A DNA stretch of 32,000 bases from Planctomycetota bacterium (GTDB lineage Bacteria; Planctomycetota; Planctomycetia; Pirellulales; Lacipirellulaceae): contig JAJDED010000036.1 in the NCBI GenBank assembly GCA_029259915.1, positions 7,866 to 39,865 of the forward strand. Direction: 5' to 3'. A program made the translations under genes and the position numbers. Positions 8,356-16,732 of the stretch are shown one piece after another (within the stretch, counting starts at the first letter, position 1; every line of letters starts with the position of its first letter). The notes under the pieces were generated by a model that ran no database searches, was not told where the DNA came from, and saw only the letters and a program-made list of their open reading frames with translations.

Positions 8356-9279
8356 TCAGGGTCCAATCAGTCCAGCGATCCAACAGGCATAGGCCACGGG
8401 AGCCGCAACCAATAGCGAGTCGAGCATATCCAACACCCCACCCAAGCCGGGCAGCCAGGTGCTGGAATCTTTGACGCCTGCGTCGCGTTTGAGCATCGAT
8501 TCGGCCAGATCGCCCACGATGCCAGCGATGCAAATCAGCAAACAATACAAAAATGCTCGGCTCAGGTAGGTTGGTGTAGTCAGTCCTAACTTGCCGTGAA
8601 GCAAGGCAGACAAACACAGCGAAGAAATCAGCACCGCTGCGCCGATCCCGCCAACGGTTCCCTCCCAAGTTTTACCGGGACTCAGGCGCGGGGCAAGTTT
8701 CCGTTGGCCAAACCGTTTGCCGATGATGTACTGGCATGTGTCGCTCAGCTTCACGGTGCCAATCAACGACAGCAGCGGGATCAATCCCACGCTTTGGTTG
8801 AGTTCTCCGCCAAGTGCGTCGGGAACCAAACGCAGTTGGACGAGAAACGCTAACAAGCCGCCGACGTAGAGAATCGATAACGTTGCGAGCGAGAGATTCG
8901 TAGTTGAGGCGCCGGGCTGCTGAACGTCCTTACCAAATCTGGCCGCTTCACCAACAAAAGCCACAAGCAGCCCTGCCACCAAGCCACAGGCAATCCAACC
9001 GATACGACCGATGGGGCAGTCTGTTGGATAATCGATCCAAGCGACCTGCGCGGACGAAGCCAGCATGGGCAACAAAGTCCCCACGTAAACGGCCCAAGCG
9101 AGTGGCCGATTTCCGCTTGCGCGAAACATCCGCAATATTTCTTGTGTTGCCAACAGGCAAAGCAACAAGGCCAATGGCGCAAGAAAAACCCCGGGACGCT
9201 CGGCTTGACTATCCAACCAACACAAAGCAGCTAATAGGACTACTGTTGAAGAGCCAACGATCAATCGCCAACGTAGCAC
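8356..9279 (-). CDS. cdsA: Phosphatidate cytidylyltransferase (CDP-diglyceride synthase)
   Basis: A polytopic membrane protein with GKRFGQRKLAPRLSPGKTWEG and the C-terminal signature region SMLKRDAGVKDSSTWLPGLGGVLDMLDS. GTG start. Confidence 0.85.
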   Translation of the reverse strand: MLRWRLIVGSSTVVLLAALCWLDSQAERPGVFLAPLALLLCLLATQEILRMFRASGNRPLAWAVYVGTLLPMLASSAQVAWIDYPTDCPIGRIGWIACGLVAGLLVAFVGEAARFGKDVQQPGASTTNLSLATLSILYVGGLLAFLVQLRLVPDALGGELNQSVGLIPLLSLIGTVKLSDTCQYIIGKRFGQRKLAPRLSPGKTWEGTVGGIGAAVLISSLCLSALLHGKLGLTTPTYLSRAFLYCLLICIAGIVGDLAESMLKRDAGVKDSSTWLPGLGGVLDMLDSLLVAAPVAYACWIAGLIGP

Positions 9280-9321
9280 AGGTGTAAAATTCCAAAAAAA
9301 GGGTTGGCGAACTCGAAAAAT

Positions 9322-9468
9322 TTACCACGGAGGCACGGAGGATACGGAGAAGAAAGGTCCGTCAGCGGATTGGGAAGAATGGCTATAATAACGGAAATAA
9401 CAGCCGGTTAGGAGATGCCAGCGAAAATTTATTTATCTTCTCTGTGTCCTCCGTGACTCCGTGGTAAT
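9322..9468. repeat. Low-complexity inverted repeat, 32-nt arms (29/32 complementary) around an 83-nt spacer; hairpin family member (b)
   Basis: The left arm is ttaccacggaggcacggaggatacggagaaga (9322-9353). The right arm is tcttctctgtgtcctccgtgactccgtggtaa (9437-9468). It lies between uppS and cdsA. Confidence 0.85.
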
Positions 9469-9489
9469 CTCTTTTTAATATCTCACGGG

Positions 9490-10239
9490 CTAGAGTGCCA
9501 AGCCGCCGAACTTGCGGTCGCGTGATGCGAAATCGAGAATCGCTTCTTGGAGCGTGCTCTCGTCGAACTCCGGCCAACATTTTTCGGTGACCCAAATTTC
9601 GGCATAGCTCACCTGCCAGAGCAGGAAATTGCTGATCCGCATTTCGCCTGCGGTTCGCACGAGCAAATCCGGGTCGTCCAACCCAGCCGTGTAAAGATGT
9701 GCCGAGATGGTTTGTTCGTCGAGTTGATCGACAGAAATTTCCCCGGACGCCAGCTTATCGCCGATGGCCCGCACCGCATCGACTAGTTCGGCCCGTCCGC
9801 CGTAGTTGATTGCCAGATTGAGCCACATGCCATCGTTGGCTCGGCTCATCGCGACCGTGTGGTCCAATTCGGCAAGGACCTGATCGGGGATATTATCGCG
9901 CCGGCCAATCATCCGCACGCGGAGGTTGTTGTCCATGATCGTTTTACGTTCTTCGATCATGTACTGCTCCAGCAGGTGCATTAGGAAATCGATTTCCTGC
10001 TGGGGACGCTTCCAGTTTTCGCTGGAAAGGCAATAGAGCGTGAGCTGATCGATACTGAGATTTGCGCACTGCTCGGTGATTTTGCGCACCGTTTCCACGC
10101 CACGGCGATGCCCTTCGATGCGTGGCAACTCTTGTCGCTCGGCCCAACGACCGTTGCCATCCATGATAACGGCAATATGCCTGGGCCAACGTTCCCGAGG
10201 CAATTGAGCAAGCTCCGCAGAAGAAACATCCGAGGACAT
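9490..10239 (-). CDS. uppS: Isoprenyl transferase / undecaprenyl-diphosphate synthase
   Basis: HIAVIMDGNGRWA, TLYCLSSENWKRP and RISNFLLWQVSYAE are present. It starts 3 nt after the purA stop. Confidence 0.95.
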   Translation of the reverse strand: MSSDVSSAELAQLPRERWPRHIAVIMDGNGRWAERQELPRIEGHRRGVETVRKITEQCANLSIDQLTLYCLSSENWKRPQQEIDFLMHLLEQYMIEERKTIMDNNLRVRMIGRRDNIPDQVLAELDHTVAMSRANDGMWLNLAINYGGRAELVDAVRAIGDKLASGEISVDQLDEQTISAHLYTAGLDDPDLLVRTAGEMRISNFLLWQVSYAEIWVTEKCWPEFDESTLQEAILDFASRDRKFGGLAL

Positions 10240-10242
10240 AGT

Positions 10243-11538
10243 TTAGCCGGGGCTGACGGGAATCGTTTGGTCGCGAGCCGGGCCGACAGAAACCATTTCC
10301 ACCGGGACGCCAACCAGTTGGCTAACGCGATCGAGATACGCACGGGCATTGGCCGGCAGATCTGCGAGCTTGCGCACCTTGGTAATATCTTCCTGCCAGC
10401 CGGGAAGCGTTTCAAAAACTGGCTTCACGCGTCGGACATCGTCGACATGGCTTGGAAATACCGTCGACTGTTGGCCGTCGAGTTCATACGCAGTGCAGAT
10501 TAGCAGCTCATCGAGTCCGCTCAGAACGTCCAACAGCATGACACAAATCGAATCGACACCGCTCAGACGGGTCGTATATCGAACCGCAACTGCGTCGAGC
10601 CAACCGCACCGGCGGGGCCGCTTGGTGACGGTGCCGTATTCGTTTCCTTGGTCGCGAATGCGCTGGCCGATTTCGTTGTCCAGCTCGGTCGGAAAGGGCC
10701 CGCCGCCGACACGCGTACTGTAGGCTTTGACGATCCCGATCACTTTGTTGACATAACGGGCCGGCAACCCGGAACCATTGCTGATCCCCACGCCGGAGCT
10801 ATTGCTGCTGGTCACAAACGGATAGGTGCCATGGTCGACATCCAGCAAAGCGCCCTGGGCTCCCTCGAACAAAATCCGCTTGCCCGACTCCGCGGCGGTG
10901 AGCAGATAGTCGGTCGTGTCGGCAACATACGGCTTGAGCCGTTCGGCAAATGCGCTGTATTGCTCGAAAATTTCTTCTGCGTCTAGCGGTTGGAGGTCGC
11001 CATCGGGAAACATCGACGCGAGGACGCGGTTCTTGGCTGCGGTGATATGCTCGATTTGCTCGCGAAACGTGCTGCGGTACATGTCGCCTAACCGCACCGC
11101 GTGCGATCGGCCCACCTTGTCGCGATAGCAAGGCCCGATGCCGCGGCCCGTGGTGCCAATGTTTTCGCCGTCGGAAGTGTTGGAGTCGAGCGCCCGATCT
11201 TCGGCAAAGTGCCAGGGAAAGATGACGTGAATCCGATCGCTCAGTTTCAAGTTGTCGCAATCCTCGACATTGCGCGATTCGAGTTCGTCGAGTTCTTCGA
11301 TGGCCTTCGCCGGGTTGAAAACCACGCCTCCGGCGATGACGCAGGTCACTCCCGCAGTGAGCACTCCACTGGGGAGTAGGGAGAGTTTGTAGACTTCGTC
11401 GCCGACCACGACCGTGTGGCCAGCATTCGCGCCCCCTTGATACCGCACGACGATATCGTGCTGGCTGGTCAAGAGATCGACAATCTTTCCCTTGGCCTCG
11501 TCGCCCCATTGCAATCCAATTACCGCTGTTCCGGGCAC
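10243..11538 (-). CDS. purA: Adenylosuccinate synthase
   Basis: [35 protein letters not shown] and [14 protein letters not shown] are present. The GTG start is preceded by AAGGAG 7 nt upstream. Confidence 0.95.
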   Translation of the reverse strand: MPGTAVIGLQWGDEAKGKIVDLLTSQHDIVVRYQGGANAGHTVVVGDEVYKLSLLPSGVLTAGVTCVIAGGVVFNPAKAIEELDELESRNVEDCDNLKLSDRIHVIFPWHFAEDRALDSNTSDGENIGTTGRGIGPCYRDKVGRSHAVRLGDMYRSTFREQIEHITAAKNRVLASMFPDGDLQPLDAEEIFEQYSAFAERLKPYVADTTDYLLTAAESGKRILFEGAQGALLDVDHGTYPFVTSSNSSGVGISNGSGLPARYVNKVIGIVKAYSTRVGGGPFPTELDNEIGQRIRDQGNEYGTVTKRPRRCGWLDAVAVRYTTRLSGVDSICVMLLDVLSGLDELLICTAYELDGQQSTVFPSHVDDVRRVKPVFETLPGWQEDITKVRKLADLPANARAYLDRVSQLVGVPVEMVSVGPARDQTIPVSPG

Positions 11539-11704
11539 CAGGGTTCTCCTTATAACACGCTATTACCTGCTCGCACTCTTCTCGATTGTGAAGGATAGTG
11601 TGAGCCCTTAGAATCTAAACACAATCGGCCATTGTAGCCCATGCAAACCCGGAACAAAACGGGCTTAGTCAGCTACCCAGGACTTTTCGCTTTTCAATTT
11701 GGAG

Positions 11705-11800
11705 TGGGTGGCATGGCCTCGGAGGTCCGCCGACGTGGCCATGATTACAGCATTTTAGTACGCTTGACCCATGCCCACGCAGACGAGGGCATGCCACCCA
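11705..11800. promoter_or_regulatory. Cluster of CATG-centred GC-rich palindromic sites / mutually exclusive stems in the purA-DUF456 divergent intergenic region
   Basis: tgggtggcatg (11705-15) pairs with catgccaccca (11790-800). catggcc (11712-18) pairs with ggccatg (11737-43). catgccc (11770-76) pairs with gggcatg (11787-93). A perfect palindrome ggcatgcc lies at 11788-95. Confidence 0.3.
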
Positions 11801-11861
11801 ATTTGTACAGCTTCAAAAAGTCAAAAGCCCTGGTCATAATCTCCCGACGACTCCCTCAGAA

Positions 11862-12407
11862 ATGTCTGCTGTGCTTCCCTATCTCTCTGCGATTCTGTTG
11901 TTGGCCACCACCACGCTCGGCTGGGGGCTTACGCTGGTGGGTTTGCCGGGCAATTGGCTTATGGTGTTGGCTGCAGTTGTCTATGCCATGTTCGGTCCCA
12001 CGGAGGGGGCCATGCAGGTGGCGTTTTCCACCGCCGTGGCAACGGCTGTGTTAGCAGGAATTGGCGAACTAGCCGAGCTTGCCGCAAGCGCGTGGGGGGC
12101 ACGACGTGCGGGCGGTAGCCGACGGGCGGCGGTGTTTGCCTTGTTCGGCTCGCTGGTCGGGGCAATCGGGGGGGCCTTGGTGGGGCTACCGATTCCGATC
12201 GTTGGCTCTGCCGTCGCGGCAGTTGTTGGCGGAGCGTTGGGAGCGCTGGCCGGAGCCGCGCTGGCCGAACGATCGCGCGGCGAAACACAAAGCAAATCGT
12301 GGCAAGTCGGCCAAGCCGCCTTCTGGGGCCGACTGTTGGGCACGGGGATCAAAACGGTTTTTGCCACCGTCATCGCGGGGATGATCGCCGTGGCGTTGGT
12401 CGTTTGA
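11862..12407 (+). CDS. DUF456-like small membrane protein
   Basis: Gly/Ala-rich TM helices. The N-terminal LTLVGLPGNWLMVLAAV resembles the DUF456 family as I remember it. Clean ATG start. Confidence 0.65.
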   Translation: MSAVLPYLSAILLLATTTLGWGLTLVGLPGNWLMVLAAVVYAMFGPTEGAMQVAFSTAVATAVLAGIGELAELAASAWGARRAGGSRRAAVFALFGSLVGAIGGALVGLPIPIVGSAVAAVVGGALGALAGAALAERSRGETQSKSWQVGQAAFWGRLLGTGIKTVFATVIAGMIAVALVV

Positions 12408-13169
12408 TCAGGAAGAATTTTCAGGGGAGGAATTCAGAGGAGAATTCTTGTTCCGCTCATGCAAATGAAATTTCACGTCCAGAATCGTTTTGCCAATCAC
12501 CAAAATCATTAGCAGCCAAATCGGATTTCCCAATGCTATCGTTGCTGCCGCGCCTAATAATATCGTGACGTGCAGGACGACAACTCGCCCGTAAGGTTGC
12601 GTCATTAAATTCTGTATAGGAACGGTTCGGTATTCTCCCTTCCCCAAATAATTGGAGAAAAACGAGATCAAATGGCTCACAACCAGTCCGAGGATCGCCC
12701 AATGCAAATGGTTTTCGTTGAGCCTCGAAAACATTGCTTGGAACTGATCGAGGGGCGATCCGCTGATGTGCGGCATACTATCCCCGCTCAACAGCGCGAA
12801 TACAAATACACCATGTACCAGGCAAAACATCCCGTAATGAATCGTAAAAAACGGCAAGTACAGCAGCTTGAGTACAAGGTGCGCCAAACGCTCCGCGAGC
12901 AGATTGCTCTTGGACTCCTTCGCAGCGTTGGATAACTGTGAATCTTTTTTTCGACCCGTAAAACTCCCGGAAAGCAGCGTTTTCTCGTTCGGCATACAGA
13001 AAAGCATCTTCAGCAGATTGATCAGCCCGATCACGATGTTTTCCGACCAATAAAGCACTACGATGTTGAACGTGTTCCAGCCCCAAAACAGCACACCCGC
13101 CAGCGGTAACAAGTTCGCGAGAAGCAAACTGATGACTGATCGGGGCAACGACGAAAAACGATCCCACAT
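12408..13169 (-). CDS. Polytopic membrane protein (DUF6498-like)
   Basis: The N-terminus LLANLLPLAGVLFWGWNTFNIVVLYWSENIVIGLINLLKM resembles DUF6498 as I remember it, and there are ~6 TM helices. G+C is lower (~42-50% in hand-counted lines). Its stop codon abuts the DUF456 stop (TGA|TCA). Confidence 0.6.
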   Translation of the reverse strand: MWDRFSSLPRSVISLLLANLLPLAGVLFWGWNTFNIVVLYWSENIVIGLINLLKMLFCMPNEKTLLSGSFTGRKKDSQLSNAAKESKSNLLAERLAHLVLKLLYLPFFTIHYGMFCLVHGVFVFALLSGDSMPHISGSPLDQFQAMFSRLNENHLHWAILGLVVSHLISFFSNYLGKGEYRTVPIQNLMTQPYGRVVVLHVTILLGAAATIALGNPIWLLMILVIGKTILDVKFHLHERNKNSPLNSSPENSS

Positions 13170-13211
13170 CGGGCAGACTCCTCCGAGATTAAATCGATAT
13201 GATTAACTATT

Positions 13212-13280
13212 TTGAACAGGAGGGAACAGAGATCACAGAGGAATTTCCTCACTCCGTTCACTCTGTTATCTCCTGTTCAA
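13212..13280. repeat. Low-complexity hairpin, family member (c)
   Basis: ttgaacaggagggaacagagatcacagaggaa pairs with ttcctcactccgttcactctgttatctcctgttcaa. It shares the TTGAACAGGAG..AACAGAG core with the hairpin at 18027-18090. It lies 3' of the trmH-like gene. Confidence 0.8.
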
Positions 13281-13302
13281 AGTCCGTAGAGAAAAAGTCG
13301 CG

Positions 13303-13833
13303 TTATCCCTCGGGATGCTGTCGGCAATATTCGTAGAGTGCCATCACAGTTGCGGTGGCAACATTGTAACTGTAGGGCAAACCCCACACGGGGATTTCGA
13401 CCACGTCATCCAACAGCGTCAAGAGTTCCGGGGTGAGCCCCGTGCGTTCGTTGCCGATCACTAGTGCTGTGCGGCGATCAAATTTGTATTGGTGCAAATC
13501 GTGCGAACCGGTGGTTTGCTCCAGCCCGACGAGTCGATATCCCTCTGCTTTGAGTTGGGTCAACACTGGCGGCAGCGTGCGGTGGGTTTCTATGTTGACC
13601 GACTCCGCCCCATCGCGGGCGATGCGGCGATCGAGCTTGGCCGGCCCTGTGCAGATAATTCGCTCCACCGCACAACAACCGGTCGCCCGAGCAATCCGCG
13701 ACAGATTTACTTTGCTTCGCATGGGAGCGCAAACCACGATCAATTCGCGCGATCGGGCTAACTCTCGGGGGGGTTTATGGCGTTGATGCTCGAACAACTG
13801 AGTTAATCTCCTTTGAGTAATTCCGCAGGACAC
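13303..13833 (-). CDS. TrmH/SpoU-family RNA 2'-O-methyltransferase
   Basis: NLSRIARATGCCAVERIICTG, LVIGNERTGLTPELL and EIPVWGLPYSYNVATATVMALYE match SPOUT motifs. The GTG start at 13833 would overlap the divergent SBP ORF, so the start is uncertain. Confidence 0.85.
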   Translation of the reverse strand: MSCGITQRRLTQLFEHQRHKPPRELARSRELIVVCAPMRSKVNLSRIARATGCCAVERIICTGPAKLDRRIARDGAESVNIETHRTLPPVLTQLKAEGYRLVGLEQTTGSHDLHQYKFDRRTALVIGNERTGLTPELLTLLDDVVEIPVWGLPYSYNVATATVMALYEYCRQHPEG

Positions 13834-13881
13834 GCTAAGCTGATGCAGCTCACACCAAGTACCCCTCGACCGAAAACTTTC

Positions 13882-15762
13882 ATGCCAGTCAACGCCCGGA
13901 ATCTATTTGCAGGTTTGCTCGTCGCCGCGTTGCTGGCGGCAATCGTGTGGGCATCGTTGGGCAGTGGCCTGCCGCCGGCTGATTTTACGTTTATCAATAG
14001 CACCGAAGTCAAAAGCGTCGACCCGCAGATTGTTAACGGTTCACCCGAAGGTAATATCGTCAACGCCGTGTTCGAAGGCCTCACGCGCTGGCATCCGGAA
14101 ACTCTCGAGCCGATTCCTGGTGTGGCTGAGAGCTGGGACATCTCCGATAACCTTCTGGTCCATACTTTTCATCTCCGCGAAAACGCGCTTTGGTCGGACG
14201 GGGCACCGGTGACCGCCGAGGATTTTTACTATTCCTTTCGTCGATTTCTCGGCCCGCGTACCGTGGCGGAATACGCCTTCCAGGCATGGTACATCAAAAA
14301 CGGGCGTCGCTACAGCCAAGGTGGCAGCGGCGTGGTGCCTGGCGATTCAGTGGAAGTCGAGTTGAACCTGCCGGTCGACGCGGTGAACACGCGTCGCGGC
14401 AAATTGCTGCTGGGCCGGTTAGTTACGATTGAAAATGCCCAAGATTTGGAGCTTCGCACGTTCTTGGTTGAGATTGACGGCGTCGAAAAAAAGTTTCTCG
14501 CCACCGACGACCAAACCGCGGCCGAAAGCCAACCGCCGGCAGGGGTGCAATGGTGTCGGCAGGTACTGCTCGATTTTCGCGAAGTGGGCGTCGAAGTGCT
14601 CGACTCGCGTACGCTGCGCATCACACTGGAAAACCCGACACCCTTTTTTCTGAAATTGACTGGCTATTACCCACTGTGTCCGGTCAATCGAAAGTGTGTT
14701 GAACAGTATGGTACCCCGCAGTGGACGCATCCCCGGAACATTGTTTCCAACGGCCCCTACAACATCCAGTTTCGTCGTATCCGCGATCGTATTCGCATGG
14801 TCAAAAGCCAAACGTACTGGAACCGCGATTCCGTACAACTCGACGTTGTAGATGCCTTGGCGGTCGAAGCCGCAACGACCGGTTTGAATCTTTTTATGAC
14901 GGGCAAAGCCGACTGGATTATTACCGTGCCACCCGCGGCATTGCGAATCCTGCTCGCAGAAGACCCGCCGCGCAAAGACATCAACCCGGCCCCTTTTTTG
15001 GGTACGTATTACTACATGCTCAACACAAAGCGCCGGCCATTTAACGACTTGCGGGTGCGCAAGGCCTTGTCGCTGGCTGTGGACCGCGACGAGATCACCA
15101 CCACCATTCTTGCCGCCGGCGAGATCTCTGCCAGAAGCCTAGTTCCTCCTGGCATCGAAGGCTACGAGGGGCAGTCGTGCCCACACGAAAATCCCGAAGA
15201 GGCACGCCGTCTGCTGGCCGAAGCTGGCTACCCGGAAGGAAAAGGCTTTCCGCGGATCGACATCATGTACAACACGGAAGAGACGCACCAAACCATCGCA
15301 GAGCTGATTCGCAAACAATGGCAACGCGAATTGGGAATCTCGGTAAAAACCCGCAACGAGGAATGGGCCTCCTATCTCTCCAGTCAACGGCAAATGCAGT
15401 ACAACGTGAGCCGACGGGCCTGGATCGGCGATTACGCCGACCCCAACACGTTTCTCGACATGTTCGTCACCGGCGGCGAGCAAAACAACACCGGCTGGGG
15501 CAACGCCGAGTACGACGAGCTGATTGCCGATGCGGGACGCGAGCGCGATCCAGAGCAGCGTATGAAAATTCTTCAACAGGCCGAACGGCTGTTGATGGAT
15601 GAAATGCCGATTGTGCCCATCTATTTTTATGTATCTAAGAACATGGTCAAACCTTACGTCCGCGGTTTCTATAACAACATTCAAGACTCGCATCCGCTGT
15701 CGGCAATTTGGATCAACCGTGAAAACCGCGAACCGACCGAATTCATGCGAGGTCGGCCATGA
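13882..15762 (+). CDS. ABC transporter substrate-binding protein, family 5 (peptide/oligopeptide Opp/Dpp type)
   Basis: Family-5 SBP features are present throughout (e.g. ITLENPTPFFLKLTGYY, YNTEETHQTIAELIRKQW, WIGDYADPNTFLDMF). The signal anchor is MPVNARNLFAGLLVAALLAAIVWA. Upstream in-frame starts at 13813 (TTG) and 13843 (ATG) are possible. Confidence 0.9.
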   Translation: MPVNARNLFAGLLVAALLAAIVWASLGSGLPPADFTFINSTEVKSVDPQIVNGSPEGNIVNAVFEGLTRWHPETLEPIPGVAESWDISDNLLVHTFHLRENALWSDGAPVTAEDFYYSFRRFLGPRTVAEYAFQAWYIKNGRRYSQGGSGVVPGDSVEVELNLPVDAVNTRRGKLLLGRLVTIENAQDLELRTFLVEIDGVEKKFLATDDQTAAESQPPAGVQWCRQVLLDFREVGVEVLDSRTLRITLENPTPFFLKLTGYYPLCPVNRKCVEQYGTPQWTHPRNIVSNGPYNIQFRRIRDRIRMVKSQTYWNRDSVQLDVVDALAVEAATTGLNLFMTGKADWIITVPPAALRILLAEDPPRKDINPAPFLGTYYYMLNTKRRPFNDLRVRKALSLAVDRDEITTTILAAGEISARSLVPPGIEGYEGQSCPHENPEEARRLLAEAGYPEGKGFPRIDIMYNTEETHQTIAELIRKQWQRELGISVKTRNEEWASYLSSQRQMQYNVSRRAWIGDYADPNTFLDMFVTGGEQNNTGWGNAEYDELIADAGRERDPEQRMKILQQAERLLMDEMPIVPIYFYVSKNMVKPYVRGFYNNIQDSHPLSAIWINRENREPTEFMRGRP

Positions 15763-16676
15763 TCTCATTTTGTGTGCGCCGCGCGTGTTGGATGTTGTTT
15801 ACGCTGTGGGTGGTGTTTACCGTTTCTTTTTTCTTGATGCGGTCGGTTCCCGGCGGCCCGTTCGATGGCGAACGGGCACTCGAGCCTGAAATCAAACTGC
15901 TGTTCGAAAAACGATACAACATGGACAAAAGCCTCCATGAGCAATATCTCCTGGAGCTTGGAAATTATCTGAGCGGCGATCTCGGATACAGTTTCAAACT
16001 CAGCGATTACACGGTCAACCAAGTGATTGCCGAGGGTTTGCCGATTTCGATTGCGTTGGGACTGCTCGCTTTGGGCTTTGCCGCGGTGCTGGGGCTGTTG
16101 GCGGGGATCGTCTCTGCCGTGTTTCGTGGCACTTGGGGCGACGTGGTTCTGATGTTGGTGGCGACGGTCGGAATTGCGCTGCCCAATTTTGTGATTGCAG
16201 GGATCTGCATAATTTTGTTTGTCTTCCTGTTGCCGTTGTTCCCGGCGGCAGGTTGGGGCGACTTCAATCAACTGATTCTTCCCGCGTTTTGTTTGGGTGC
16301 ACCCTACGCCGCTTACATCGCCCGCATCGCTCGCACCAGCATGTTGGACGTGATGTCCCAAGACCATGTCCGCACCGCACGGGCGAAGGGCGTCGGGCCG
16401 GTGCGGGTGGTGATGGTCCACGCGCTACGCGGTGCGATGTTGCCGGTGGTGTCGTTCTTGGGGCCGGCAATCGCGGGGATTCTTACCGGTTCGCTGGTCG
16501 TGGAACAAGTGTTTGCCATTCCAGGAATGGGATCCCACTTTGTGCAAGCTGCGTTGCAACGAGACTACACGCTGGCGATGGGATTAGTGATGTTGTACAC
16601 CGTACTGCTGTATTCGATGAATTGGATTGTCGACATGTCGTATGCGGTGCTCGATCCGCGTGTCCAGTTGCAATAG
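15759..16676 (+). CDS. ABC transporter permease (OppB/DppB type)
   Basis: Six TM segments and a BPD-transporter EAA-type loop (ARIARTSMLDVMSQDHVRTARAKG). There is an ATGA overlap with the SBP stop. Confidence 0.9.
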   Translation: MISFCVRRACWMLFTLWVVFTVSFFLMRSVPGGPFDGERALEPEIKLLFEKRYNMDKSLHEQYLLELGNYLSGDLGYSFKLSDYTVNQVIAEGLPISIALGLLALGFAAVLGLLAGIVSAVFRGTWGDVVLMLVATVGIALPNFVIAGICIILFVFLLPLFPAAGWGDFNQLILPAFCLGAPYAAYIARIARTSMLDVMSQDHVRTARAKGVGPVRVVMVHALRGAMLPVVSFLGPAIAGILTGSLVVEQVFAIPGMGSHFVQAALQRDYTLAMGLVMLYTVLLYSMNWIVDMSYAVLDPRVQLQ

Positions 16677-16732
16677 TGATCAGAGTGAAGAAATGAACCG
16701 CCAAGATCGCCAAGAAATTACCAGAGATTGAT

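Noticed and set aside
10799-11509. 236-aa minus-strand ORF in an alternative frame of purA.
   Set aside because: Its translation is Arg-rich nonsense. The purA frame is unambiguous.
15139-16421. Antisense ORFs 15139-15768 and 15765-16421 opposite the SBP and permease genes.
   Set aside because: They lack motifs and lie opposite strongly supported ABC transporter genes. This is a high-GC shadow effect.
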